A stretch of 64,000 nt of DNA, from contig NC_045707.1 in assembly GCF_009834535.1 (NCBI RefSeq), forward strand, positions 52,826,001 to 52,890,000, in the 5' to 3' direction. The notes beneath the pieces are model-generated. The model worked only from the letters and a program-made list of their open reading frames with translations. It did not search any database and was not told the DNA's origin. The first letter of the stretch is position 1. Every line of letters begins with the position of its first letter. Source of the DNA: Camelus ferus. Taxonomy: Eukaryota. Shown one piece after another: positions 14,395-27,572 of the stretch. Both the position numbers and the translations under genes were made by a program.

Positions 14395-14600
14395 GGGGGC
14401 GGGGCCGCGGCGGGGTGGGCGGGGCCGGGGGGAGGGGCGCTGAGGAACTGGGGGCAGGGCCCAGGGGCGGGGTTCCTTTCATCCAGAGACGGCTGGCCCA
14501 GCAGAAGAGCTACACAGGTGACATGTGAGTCCATCCCCAGAGGGCACGGGATCCGGCTCTAATGTGTCCGGGGCTCCGAGCCCAGGGCTCACCCCGCCCC
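14395..14600. promoter_or_regulatory. GC-box cluster / G-quadruplex-prone tract
   Basis: GGGGCGGGG at 14396 and 14464, GGGCGGGG at 14417, CCCCGCCCC at 14592, and more than eight G-runs within 80 bp. Confidence 0.45.
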
Positions 14601-16224
14601 TTTTCTCTTTCACTCCCTTCTGAGCTCCAGCACCAGACTTCTTTTTTTTTTTAACTTTTTACTTCTTTTTTGATAAACACAACAAGAAGTCATTATTATT
14701 TCCATAATATAATAGACGAGAATAAATGGTGTTTTCAATTGATGACATTTAATTGTTATCTTGATTTTCCTTTTTAATTTTTTCTTGTGCCTGGTTACTG
14801 AGAGAAGCCCTTTTGATGGTGTGTAGTTTACATGTATTTATACCTGCTACCTCCTATCTGTCTGGCTCCCACCGTGATGACCCAAGGGAAAACCAGAAGT
14901 TATCAGTCACCAATTCTGTGAAGTTTATGGTTAAAAACCTGAACCCCTGTAACATTCAATACGGAAACGTCGGCTAGTAAGTAAAATGTGTTTTCTCTTT
15001 ACCCGCATCTAGTTCCCTTACTTTACGACCAAGAACAAAGCTGGCATCTAAATCACAGGGAGATGCTGGCATTCCATCACACCAGGCCTCCCGCTGGAAA
15101 TCAGGCCTCCGGCACAGTAAAACAGAGCCAGCCGCACACGGATGAGAGCGGGGAGTCTGAGGCCGTCTCAGCAGCGGCTTGGTTGTGTTTCACTGTTTCA
15201 TTTGTCTGGAAACTGCTCGCAGAATGAAAAACACTCAAGGGGGAGCAGCTTTCCTTCTGCTGCAGTAGGAGAAAAGATAAAACTCAAACTCACAAATTAG
15301 GTCATTGCCTTCCTGATGGAGCTTCATACGGAAGAAATGAGCATCAAGGTTTTTAATGACTTCTAAGAAATGCAAAAAAAAAAAAAAAAAGTCAACATCA
15401 GTATTTTGATTCCAATAAACTGTCACTAACTTTTCAAGTCACGGAGCCAACAGCTTGTGCTGCAGGCAGGGGCTCCATGTAGAAAGGATACTTCTCACCC
15501 AGCACGATGCTTTCCATTGAATTAAAGTGTTCAATATTTCTGCACACGTGGGCTTTACTAATTGAAAGCAACCCAATGCTCTCAGAAGGCTTAAAAGCAA
15601 ATATAGAGGAACAGGTAGGCGTGGGGTTCTTACTGACTGATGAGCAGCATGTCTCTGTAAACAGGTGGCGCAGTGGTTGGCCTACCTAGAGGCCTGCTTT
15701 CAGACCTTGATGAGAAATGTTCATTTTCATTTGCATTAATGGCGCCTGACATTCGTGCTCCACACTCTGCTGCTGGCCTTCTCAGTGGGCATGGATGCGG
15801 CCTCCCTCAGGGCGGCCTGCCATTTGCATTAAGTATTCATCACAGAGATAAACAGTCAGGGCACAACACAAACTCTGGGTCTGGAAAAACCTGAGCAAGC
15901 CCTGGGGCCGGAAGGGAAAGGGATGTGAGGCTTTGGCTTTCTCGAGAGTCAGCGGAGTCTTCGCACAGCTGCCGGGACCCTCGCTCCAGATGCAGAAGTG
16001 GAGTGTGGCCCCGTCTGCCCACGCCGAGTTGTGACTCGCCCTGTCTCTACACAGACATTCGTGTCTGTTCGTTTATACAAACACAGTCTATTCTTCTGGC
16101 TCAAACCAGAAGTAAAGCAGGGGACACCCCACCCCCAGCGCAGGCTGAGTCTGTGTGAGTTTCTGGAAGTGGGACGCAAAACGGGGAATCCCAGAACAGA
16201 CCTGGATGTGAAAGGAAAGGGGAG

Positions 16225-16328
16225 TTGAATGGAAAAAAGAAGAGAGGAAAATTAAATAAAAGGAAGAGGAAGAGCATGAAAATGAGAAGGAGAGAAAAAT
16301 AAGTGAAAAGAAAAGAGTGGGGAAAGGG
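16225..16328 (+). repeat. Low-complexity purine-rich (GA) tract
   Basis: Nearly all A/G on the + strand. Confidence 0.6.
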
Positions 16329-18174
16329 CCTCCATGAGTGGAGCAGGGACAGCGAGCCAGTGACCAGAGACGGAGGTGACCTGCCTGCAAGCCCTTCATT
16401 CACTGCACGACCTGGACCTGATTTCTCACAGACAGGCACGCGCACTCACATGCAGTGACGAACATGATATGTGCGTTTCGCATCACACAGTGAGTGTGCG
16501 TTTTGCCTGCACCTCCTGACTCTGATGCACAAGCACCCCGTACGGAAAAGTATGTGTGTGACATAGGAGTTGATGCCGCTGCCTTCCTGGGAAGCCTGAC
16601 GACAGGTCTGCTTACATAGAAAAGGCAGAGTGTCTCCTGTGGGCTTTAGAATGACAAATGAGGCTGGAGAGGGCACGGGTGTGGGCCAGGGCATGCACTG
16701 GGATGGTCCCACACACCAGTCAGAGCTCCAGACAGCTCCTGCTCCACCACCTCTGGGCACAGGACAGCGGAGGCCACCCCCCCCTGTTCAAATGCAGTGC
16801 CATCTCTGTTCCCTGGTGCACTCTGTCCTCAGCAATGGCAGCCTTCACCCTAGCGGGGAAGCGGGCTAGAGCAAGAGGGGCTAGAGCAGACGCCCAGCGT
16901 GGGGCAGTGGCAAGAAACCCACCAGACCCCAGGCCGGTTTCAACCTGCTTCCTCCACCTCGATCCGGGGAGTGAGCAGCACACATGCACGCTCTTCCCAG
17001 CAGAGTCTCAGTTCCTCAAAGCTTCCTCTAAGTCCCACTGGTTTTCAAACCAGCGAAGGAGACTCGTCTTCCTGGCACAGGACCCCAGGTCTGTGTGCCC
17101 AATACGTGGCTTGATCCTCCCGCTCCCTGGGGAGAGTCCCCAAGCCTGTGATACCCTCTCCTCGTCTGTGTCCCCTGCTGGGATGTGGGTCCCCACCTGA
17201 CACAGAGTACCCGGGCCTTTCCCACCCTGCACTTACCCTCTGCCCATCACCACGTCTTCATGACCTAAACCAGACCTGAGGCTGAGTTGCACTTTACAGA
17301 ACCAGCTCAGCTCAGGTCAGCTCCCCAAGGCCTGTCCTGTTCAGACTGGGTTTACTCTCCTCCTCAGCTTGCCTCTAATGCTGGCATTTCAGAGTGTCTC
17401 GTGCCCAAGCCTACCTTTGTGCAAATATATCTCCCTTGCAAGCCATGCCTGGCCACCTGAGATTTTCACATTACTGTTTTGTTTGGAGGTACTAAAACTT
17501 CCTGTTAACCTGAAAATGTTAGGAAGGAATATAACCTATTAAGCCATTTTCAGCCAATAAAATCTTTTTGTTTGTTTGTGGCTCTGTTTTGTTTTGTTGA
17601 GACTCACTAGGGGCACCATTCATGATCTAAAATACCATCCCACTCATTCTGCTATGCTGGAATCAACAGATCTTTCTAGAACAAACTATTTAAAATATGC
17701 TCCAGATAAAATTAAAACCAGCATGATTAGATATTCAATTTCAAAAAATTGTATTTCTCTAAGAATATAGTTAGTAAATTATATTTCTTCCTCTCACTAT
17801 TTACATGTATTACTTTTTTCTGTATCCAGTTTAGTTCCCTCTCAATTTCTATGAATTCACCGAGCAACTTCTCTGCCGTTGTGTGTCACTGTGTATGAGA
17901 AAGGAAGCCCTGAAGTCTCAACTCAAGTGATTTTATTATGTAACCAGACAGTTACTACCTAGAGAACAGAACTTTAGACAACATTTTCTCTGGACGCAGT
18001 CCTGGAACAGGAATTTGAAAATTCAGGGTGACACAAGGTCTAAAAGGAGCCTGGGGGGAGTCTTCCGACGAGAGGTCCCCCAGGGCCACTAAGAGATCAA
18101 AAGTCCCCAAGAGGCAGCTTATCTTAAGAGTAATCAGGAAAAAGTACAGACAGAACTCAATGTCAGATAAAACT

Positions 18175-18325
18175 TGCAGTATGACTGCGGACAGTTTGCC
18201 CTTTTTTGAGCCTTGGTTTCCTTATCTGTAAAAGTGTGTATCATAATATCTACTTTTCAGGGTTTATGTCTAAAGCAAAGAAAAGAAAATATAAGAAAAT
18301 GTTGAACTGTGCCTGGAACAATAAA
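18175..18325 (+). mobile_element. MIR remnant
   Basis: gagccttggtttccttatctgtaaaag...gaactgtgcctggaaca resembles the MIR core. Confidence 0.55.
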
Positions 18326-19324
18326 AGGAAAAAAAACAAAAACCTGCCTCTTTCAACCAAGACCTCTGCTGTCTGTCACTCGTCCATCTTCGCAGCCCCT
18401 ACCTGCAGGCCCTTCAGGCAGGTGCTGTACAGGTTCCTTAGACACTAAATCAGGACAAGGAGGAGGACACAGAGCCCAGCTGTTGAGATTCATGCACAAG
18501 TGAATCAGAACCTTGAAAATTACTGGCAGGTCGTTTTAGGAACCCCAGAGCCTCCCAGTGAGCAGGACCTGAGGGGCCTCCAGTGAGAACCAGCAACGCC
18601 GGGGAGATTTCCCTCCACAGTCTCTCAGCTGTGTCAAGCAGGGACCGCCCGGGGACGTCAATGGCTTTCCTGCTGAAACAGGTGCTTCAGCAGAGCTGAC
18701 TCCAAAATGACACAAGGAGGAGACGCTTCCGGCAGCTGCCTGAGATGGATTGGCTCTACGGTCGTAGTTCCGCCCTCCTGCGCCTTCATTTTATGACTTG
18801 GTAGTGGAAGTCATTTTGACACAAGGTCTTCAATAACACAGGCATTCATCCTAGACTATTCGATACAGCCAATTAATACATTCTGCAGATGATCTGTCAC
18901 CCTGCGAGGCAGCTAAATGAATCAAACTCATTAAGCGCTTCTGTTTTATTACAGCACAAGTCGCATCTCTGCGATGCAGAGCTGTTAGCAGAGCTGGGAA
19001 GGATATGATTCAGGGTGCCTGGAGCCTGCCATGTAGCCTGGAACAGACGACCTGAGCTGGGTCTGGGGGACAGCCGAGGTCCTGTCCTGGCGGGTCCCAG
19101 ACATCAGGTGTCCAAGGGGAGTCTTGTTGGAGCAGAGTCTGCCCACGAGTAAGTCAATCTGAAAAAAAAAAAATTGTTTAAAAACCTCTTTTCAATGAGA
19201 GAAAGAGAAGAATCATAGATTACTAGATTAGGAAGGACCCCAAAGACCATCTAGCCCCGCGGTCCTCAATCATACCTAACTAAGTATCATCTCAAATCTT
19301 TTTTAAAAAAATCAATGTTCATTA

Positions 19325-20278
19325 AAAAAATGCCAATCAGTCTCAAAGGATTAAAACAGTACAGTCTGTTCTGTGACCACAGCTGAATTAAATTAAAAAG
19401 AAGTGTCAGAAAAGTCCCAAACATTTAGAAATTGTGTGACAGATTATAAAATAATCCATGGGTCAAAGAACAAGTTATAAGTAAATGAGAAAATACTCTG
19501 AACTGAATGATAATAGATATACAACATATAAACACTTGTGGGATACAGCAAAAATAGTGTTTAATTATAAGTTTAAATGGATAAAATAGAAAAGAAAGAA
19601 TTTAAATCAGTAATCTGTGATTCTACCTTAATAAGTCAGGAAAAGAGAAGAAATTAAGCCCTAAACAAGTAAAAGACAGGAAATACTGAAAATGAGCAGA
19701 AATCAAGAAAATAGAATAGAGACAAACAATAAAGAAAATAAATAAAATCAAAAGTTGGCTGTTTTAGTTCTTTCAAAAAGTCAGTAAAGTCAATAACTTC
19801 TAGAAAAACTCACCAAGAAAAAGAGAAAAAGGGAAGCAAATTATTACTATCAGAATGAAAAAGGAGATATCACAAAAATCCTATAGATATTAAATGGAAA
19901 ACAAGGAAGGAAGGAATATGCAATTTTATGCAAATAAATTTTATTTTATGCAAATAAATTTTTAACTTAGATGAGATTTATAAACTCTTTGAAAGACACA
20001 ATTAATCAAAACTGACAGAAAAAGAAACAGAAAACCTTAATAGCAGTACCTGTTAGAGAAATCTAACGAGTCATTAACAATATTCTGAAGAAAACATCAG
20101 GCCTAGAGGGTTTTCCTGGTAGATTTTATCAAACATGTAAGGGGAAAACATGACTAATGTGATACAAAAATGAGACAAGGTCGTTACAGAAAGAGAAATG
20201 TACTTATTATTAATATCCCTCCTGCAAACATAGACCCAAGAATATTCAACAAAATATTGGAAATCAAATCCATCCAAA
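19325..20278 (+). mobile_element. Old L1 ORF2 fragment (end of endonuclease to start of RT)
   Basis: tgttctgtgaccac..aattaaatta (SDH region), tgtgggatacagcaaaa, aaatcaaaagttgg, caggcctagagggttttcctggtagattttatcaaaca. Many stops. Confidence 0.85.
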
Positions 20279-22350
20279 AATCACTCTCCAGGCGTCCGTG
20301 ATGTCTGAGCACCCATGACCACTGTGGATTTCAGCCCTTCCTTGTCAAGTGACGGTCTGAGCGGACAGATCCCTTCCAAGCTGCCTCCGGCTCTGGAGCT
20401 GAGGCCCGGCTGCCATCAGACCAACCACACTCTCCGGCAAAGCAAAGGGAATCTAAAGTCGCAAGAGGAAAACCCTTCAATCAGGGCGCACCCGGCTAGT
20501 TACTGAAGAAGAGAAACTGGTGTCACGAGGCAGATGGATGGTTGGCTTTTATTAATCAGGAAGTTGAGCAGCACTAGCTACCATTTTACGACAATAGAGG
20601 CATAAAGCATCTTCACTTGTATTTGCATCTGTGATAAGTAGCCTGCCGAGGCCAGCACGGTCAGGGACGGTCCAGCTTCACACCCGGGTGGGTGCTCTGC
20701 GGTGTTGGGTGTCGCCTCCCAAAACCCAGTTGCCACAAGCTTGTCCGATCAAGTTGAGCTTTATTATCCAGGTTCACACTCCAAACTTCTGACGTACGAG
20801 TGGGCATTTAAAAAAAAGGAAGAAGAAGAAAGCACTTCTCATGGAGATGAGCTGGACCCCGGGGCCGCCCCCAGAGCTCAGCTAGCAGTGACGGGGGGGA
20901 CCACTGTGGCCTCACTGGCAGGTGAGAGGGACCAGCCGTGGGGCCAGGAGGGCGGCTGCCCAGTCACGTGTCTCCAGACGCAGCCTTCAGCATCTGTCCG
21001 GGCTCTCGGGGCAGAGCAGTCCGTAATGCAATTTCAGCTCATCTAATGGAGAGAGAAAAATGGGGGCTGCTTACCAGACATGTCTGCCTAAGCCTTCCCT
21101 GGACCCACGGCATTTGTATCAATCCAGGAAGTCAAGGAGGTAAATTGAATTTATAGACTTGTGAAGAATAAATCAATTCCTGTGGAAAAACCCTGGGACC
21201 AGAGCTTATACGTCAGCTGCCTCCTCGGGTATTTTTATTTGTGCTGCTCAGAGCTCGTGCAAAACAGGGAACTGTGACAAATCCAAATGCAGCAGTTTGA
21301 GAATGAAACCTTTTGAGACATTCTGCTCTAATAGTGGAACTTTCCTATGTCCACATCTGCCTTGATTACACAGCAAGCTATGGGATTCAACAGCACTCAG
21401 ATTTGTTTTTTTAATCACTCAGGATATCAAAGCAGAAAGGAGCCAAGGGGAGTGTTTTTCATTGTTCATCTTTCTAACACAAGTTCAGATTCTTTCCCGT
21501 ATTCTTCTCTTAAGACTAAAGAAAATGTTTGGGTGTATTGATAAAATGTGACATTCTAGAGAGCTCATGTGGATCCAGATGACTGAAATGAGCAATGTTC
21601 ACATCTGAAACAGATGAGACATCTTTCCACGTTGCACCAGGCAGGGCTGCAGCAGGAAGCAGATGGGCAGACTGAAGAAAGGTCAGCGGCAGGACAGCTC
21701 ACAGGAGCCTGGGCCCCAGCAGACCTAAGGAGCAGGGGGGCTGCCCTGGGAAGGGGCTGGAGAGGAGGACTCCTGGCCACTGGAGTCAGGATGGGGAAGG
21801 GGCAGGAGGTACGCCCTCCCCTACCCCCCAACCGTCCACTCTCCAGTCTCTTGCTGGCACATCTCATTGTCCAGACGCGACCAGAAGTTGACCAGCAAGA
21901 GGGAGACTGATCCCTGCAGGCTGATCTTCAAGAAAGGGCCAGCCTCCTTCAAAGCTCCACGGAAACTGGCCAGAGCCCAGTTCTTAGGGCCTCGGATCCT
22001 GGACAACCTCCAGGCTGGCCCTGAAGCTGGCACTCCCCGCGCCCTCGCTCGGCTGGAAGGAAAGAGTCTGCGGGGCTCCCCCGCAATGTCACAGCCCTCA
22101 TGGCAGCTGGAGGCTCTGTGCTTCCCAGACAAACAGCTCTGAGGCCACAGCTGAGGCCTTCCCACAGCATGGACGCCCTAGACCCCTGTGCACGGCTCTG
22201 AAATGAATGGGAAACCAGGAGCCCACACTGGCCCCACGACCCCTCCCTGGGTTTTCCCAGCGAGCGCCCCATACGTGTGCCGTCTGGCCAGTACTTTGGT
22301 TTGTGCTGAGCAGGGAAGCCAGGTGGATGCCATCCAGCAAGGTCAGCCTC

Positions 22351-22828
22351 AGTCACCGAGTCCAGCCTCCCACCGCTGCTGCCCGACAGGCCAATGCACT
22401 GAGAGAAGGGGTGCCGGGGCAGGAAATCGGGGCCTTCCTTATTCAGAAAGCCAGCAGACCAAGAAGATGGTGGACTTGTGTCCCAGAGAAGCATCTTCCC
22501 TGAGTTGGAGTTCAGGCTTCTTTTATACTCAAAGAGGAGGGCGGAAAGGCACACGTTCCCTGTTTCTGGTTGGGCTCTGGAGGGGACGTGTTAATGTCCT
22601 CCTTCCTGCAGCCGCTCCCAGGTGGGCCTGCTCAGGATGCTTCCTGTGAGCTCAGCAAAGGTGTTTTAGCTTAACACTCATTTCCTGGGAGGCAGGCTTC
22701 CCAGAGATGGGCCATTGGGTACAATTTAAGCTTATAGGTGACACCTTGTAGCAAAAGCAATAAAACACAAAGGTCAAAGTAAAAGAAACAGATCCAAAAT
22801 GGGGTCAGATTTGTTCTTCCCTGTTATA
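22351..22828 (-). mobile_element. Solo ERV1 LTR, MER41-like
   Basis: ~480 bp with decayed TG...CA termini and near-TSD cctc/cccc. Minus-strand TATAAAAG at 22521-22528, degenerate polyA hexamer near 22438-22443. Resembles laurasiatherian MER41-type LTRs (from memory). Confidence 0.65.
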
Positions 22829-23239
22829 CCCCACACAGAACAAGATGCAGACTCGACCTGGAGGGGCAGGCTGTGCCAGAACCATGTTTGCCCCCATCTC
22901 TCTCCCCACCCCCCACACTCTCCATCTCAGCCCTCTGACCCTCCCCTACCCCCATCTTACACATCAGGAAGGTCAGGTCACCTGCCCAGGAGATACCGGT
23001 GCTGGGACTCAGCCCTCCCTCCCCTGGGACCTGCCTTCCTCCAGACTCTCAGCAGTGGACGGACCACAGTAAGAGAGTGTCCAGCCCGCTGGTGTTTGCT
23101 CCACCCCTACACAACGCCAACCTCCCCCTTCCCTCTCTGTGGCACTCCAGTCACACACGCGTTAGATCACGTGCACCGAGGTGTTTTACCTTTCCCAGTC
23201 ATTTTTCTCTCAATGTTAGTTTCCATCACCCCATCTTAA

Positions 23240-24160
23240 AGCCCACCAGCCTCTCCTCCGTTGATCTGCGGCTGAGCCTATCGGAGAAAATTTCTGATTC
23301 AGACACCGTGTTTGGCAGAGGCAGATTTTCCATCTGGTTCTTTTTCTAAAGTGTTCATGTTTGTGTGGAGTCCCATCTTGTCAACCTTTTTGTCCCCTTT
23401 TCCCTGAAACCCTTGAACATCTTGGTAATTGCTGTATTCAAGCCCAACATCTCTTGGTGTGGTCATTTTTTATGGCTTTCTGAAAATTGTAGATGTTACA
23501 TTGCAGAGTTTGGTTTACGTTAACTTCTTTAGAAGAATATGGAGCTTTATGTTATTTATTTACTGGCCAATGAGCTCTATCTTGCTAACGTTTATTTTTA
23601 GGCATGGTGGGCAGGTTTACCACCCCTCACTCAGGGCTAGAGCGGCCCTGTGCTCTGCCCCTGCTGGGGTCTCAGTCCGATGCCTGTGGTGTTCACGGTG
23701 GCTTCTCAGATCTGCAGTCTCTCACCATTGTGCAATCCCGCCAGTCCATGGAACCGTTCTTTGCTGGCCTTCAGGGGCCCCATCCGCTGTGTGTAGAACT
23801 TAGTATTTGGCCAAAGACTGAAGGGATCTCCCATACTGAGCTCCTCCTCTGTGCACCTTCCTCTTTCATGCCCTGTTCCTCACATTCAGGCTGCCTTGGG
23901 GGCCCCGAACTTTATCCTGTGTTTGCCCCACCCAGCATCACCCCTGGACCCTGGGCTCCATTTCCCTTTGGCCTGGCTTGGAACGTACCCCCAGCAAGAA
24001 AGCCCCGGGACGTGTGAAGCTCATCCTATGGTATTCTCTTCTCTCAAGGACCACAGCATTGTGCTCTGACTCATCTGGTGCCTAAACTCATAGTTGTCTG
24101 TAGTGAGAAGCAAAGTCTGAGAGCCATCACCACATCACGGTGCAAACCAGACACAAGCAT
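23240..24160 (-). mobile_element. Old L1 5'/ORF1 region remnant
   Basis: Antisense ORF1-like phrases (attttccatctggttcttttt; ttgaacatcttggtaattgctgt). Highly decayed. Confidence 0.45.
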
Positions 24161-24254
24161 TGCTTTTCACATAATGAAAATAATCTTCTAATAAGTACAT
24201 GTTGAATTAATTGAAAGATTCCCTGGTAGCAACATGTTATCATTGAATAAAGTC

Positions 24255-24412
24255 TCTTCTGGGTTTTAGAAATTTGGGATTAAGTTCCCAGCTCCGTGAC
24301 TTCAATTAGTCATTTAATCAGTCTAAGCCTCAACTTTCTCACTTGCAAATTAAAGAAGGAGTATTAGATCATCTGTAAAGTTCTTCCTAGCTCTAGTATC
24401 TTTTTATTCTGT
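24255..24412 (+). mobile_element. MIR3/MIRc-like remnant
   Basis: gtcatttaatcagtctaagcctcaactttctcacttgcaaat...tagatcatctgtaaagttcttcctagctcta. Confidence 0.6.
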
Positions 24413-24862
24413 GGCACAAAGATAAAATTCACTAATTTTTCAGTAGAGTAGTCCCAACAAGCATCCCCTTTGTGTATTAGCTCTGGTAATAGTTCATAGA
24501 GGCTTTATAGGAGCAGTAAGATGGGGAGAGAAAACCGAGTGCTTAATGTTGTATCAAATTGTCTTTTATACGCCATGGTTAATGCTCAGCATATTACAGG
24601 CATTTAAACTTCCCATAAGAATAAATGCAACATATCAAATAACTCAGCGAATAATACCAGCAAGAAATCATGATGCCCACTCCTCCCAAGTGGGACAGAC
24701 AATGTGTTTTATATTAATTCTGAGAATGACTTGAACAATAGCCACCAGTTCACTGATCTATATTTCCTCTTTCATTGTAGACAGTTCTGGTCTAGTGATC
24801 AGATTTAAACAAAATCAGAGGAGTTGGTGTAATTTGAGGACGGAAGAATCACAACTTTAACC

Positions 24863-25170
24863 TTCATTCATTCATTTACTCCACAAATACCTACTGAGAA
24901 CTTACTATGTGCCAAGCACTGTACTAGCTTCTGGAGACAAAATCATGAGCAAAATCAACCTGATTTCTGCTATCACAGAGTTTAGAGTCTAGTGGAGGAG
25001 ATAGGTATTAATAAAATAATAATTTATAAATAAGTGTAGAGTTTCAACTGTGAAGAGCTCTGTTAAAGTAGAGATTGTATGTGGTAAGAGGCTAGTGTGG
25101 ATCCCAGCCGGGGACAAGACAGCATGCCAGGAGGAAGGGGCAGCAGTACAAAGTCCTGGGTGAGAGGGAG
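24863..25170 (-). mobile_element. L2 3' end
   Basis: ttcattcattcatttactccacaaatacctactgagaacttactatgtgccaagcactgt is the classic reverse L2 tail. Confidence 0.8.
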
Positions 25171-25470
25171 TTGGTGGGCATCCTTGTCTTATTCCTTATT
25201 TTGGAAACAGTGCTTTCAACTTTTCACTGTTGAGGCTGATGTTAGCTGTGGGCTTGTCATATTTGGCTCTTACTATATTGAGGTATGTTCCCTCTATGCC
25301 CACGTTGTTGAGAGTTTTTATGTTGAATTTTGTCAAAAGCTTTTCCTGCACCTATTGAGATGATCGCATGATTTTTACTCTTCAGTTTGTGAGTGTGGTG
25401 TATCATGTTGATTGTTTTGTGGGGATTGAACCATCCTTGCATCCCTGGGACGAGTCCTATTACCCTTCTA
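25171..25470 (-). mobile_element. L1 ORF2 reverse-transcriptase fragment
   Basis: Minus-strand translation [39 protein letters not shown] matches the L1 RT motif. Confidence 0.9.
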
Positions 25471-26639
25471 ATTGTGTCAATATTAACCCTACCTTCCATA
25501 AAACATAATAAAGTTACTACTTCCATAAAACAATTCCTCAATGTTGTGTTCATTCATCACTCTGTCCATTTACACACACTACTCAAAGTATTACATAAAG
25601 TGACAAAAAATGCAGATGACCCTATGATCTGACAGTATGAGGTACACACCCATCAAACATTATAATATCAATCCTATAACTTATTGACATAGAAAATATT
25701 CATAATAAATTACTAAGTTTAAAAAATAGGTTAACATTTCCAAGGAATATGTTAACTAGTCACCTAATTTGGAAGTATGTGCAAATGTTAGTGTAAACAT
25801 AGAAAAACATCTAAAAACATATATACTATAGCTTTAGCAATGGGTGTTTTTGTTATAATTTTATATTCTTCTTTACAATTTTGTATGTGTTTTTAATACC
25901 TTCTGTTAATTTTATAATCCTAAAAATTTTGCTTTTTTAATGGAAACATATTAAAAGATTATTTTTAGCATAAAAGTAAGATGATAAGATTTTCATATTG
26001 AAAAATTCACTCTAGCAGATGTGTATATGCAGAGCAGATCCATGTACACAAGTGAAAAGACCTCAGCAGAGTTCAGGCTGGTGGTTATTCAGACCAAGGG
26101 TACAGCACTGGTGACAATGATAATTCCAGATATAGTGGGAAAATTGACAGGAATTGATGACGTTTAGTTACCTTCTGCTCTCAGAATACTGCACATTTGG
26201 GATAAGGACATGAACACTGACTCTCATTGTCCATTTCCTGGTTTGTAATCACCTGTGACCTTTTTTTAAAATTTAAAAGTCTTTTTTAAAAGCATTTGAA
26301 AAATCAAATCTATATAATTATTTTCCAGTTCCATAGCAATCTTAACCTGTCAGAATAGTATTTATGAGTAAAATATGTATACTAAACTGAAATAACATTC
26401 TATGCTATCACCAATGTTTGCTAATAAAAATATGTTAATAAAATAGCGGTCTAAGTTGACTAAAACAGTGACAGCCAGTAATGGAGTTGTTTGCTAAAAA
26501 ATATAGTTGGCAAAAATCTACTGAATGCCTGTGTTGGAAAACAATTATGATCAATTGAATAAGAAATGGTCCTCTTCCCAAAGAACTCATCATCTGGGGA
26601 GGATACTGAAAGAAAGCATTATTAACTGTGTTCCAGCGT

Positions 26640-26870
26640 AATAACAACAACTACTAGCCCATACAAATACATGTCATGTGTCAAGACCTAGCATGAGCAA
26701 TCTACACACACCAGTCACTAAACGTCACTAAAGCCTCACAAGCACCCTATGAGATAGGCAGCTTTACTGCCTCCACGTGTGGGGGACTGAGACTGAGAAA
26801 GGGTTTGTAATTGGCTCCGTATCAAGTAGAGGGTGACACAGATTCAAGTCCAGGCACCTCTCCGGAGCAC
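26640..26870 (-). mobile_element. MIR remnant
   Basis: cctcacaagcaccctatgagataggc...gactgagactgagaaagg...gattcaagtccaggca. Confidence 0.6.
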
Positions 26871-27572
26871 GTGTGAAACACTGTGGCACCAACAGAATGA
26901 ACAGCTTCTAAACAAAACACAGAGAGGGGGACAAGTCACCCGTGTGGGGGGAGCTAGGGGTTGCCATACAGAGAAAGTGGCTTTTGATTCCACCTTGAAA
27001 TTTTCCACATGCTCAAAAATGTGTAGGAATTCAAGCCAGAGAGATTAGAAGAGACATAGAGAAATAAAAGTGAAGGACAGATAGTCATGTACGCCTAGGA
27101 AACAGATGTAGAAAGCTATTGGCAGATGACAAGGCTTCAAAGGAAGGAAAAGAGCTTCCTGAATTTAAACTAAGGTCCTTAAATGTCAAACAGCCAAAAA
27201 TAGCATGCCTTCTATCTAGCCAGAATCTCATTAATTTTTAATGAATAAAGCCAATTTTGATGTGTACATAAAGTTACACTATAGCCACAAGGGTACACAT
27301 CATCCAATAGTTTGCATTCTTTCACTAAATACTGTTAGGAATTTAAAGATTTGAATTTACCGCCACATAAATACACACGTTTGTCAGCTGTGTTGGATGT
27401 GGTTGACGAGCAGTTCTTTCGAGTTTCCTAACATGCAAAAGAAACAGAATACAACTTCCTGTGATCTGAAGGTCACCGTGGAGCCCTGTGTGCCAAAAGC
27501 TCTTTGCCCTTGCCCACCACCGAGAAGGAAATTCTCCTAGTCAGTCATCTTGAGTTGAAGACAAACTTCTCT

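Noticed and set aside
21949..22649. 201-aa and 153-aa ORFs
   Set aside because: They overlap an LTR and GC-rich flank, with no domain similarity or splice support.
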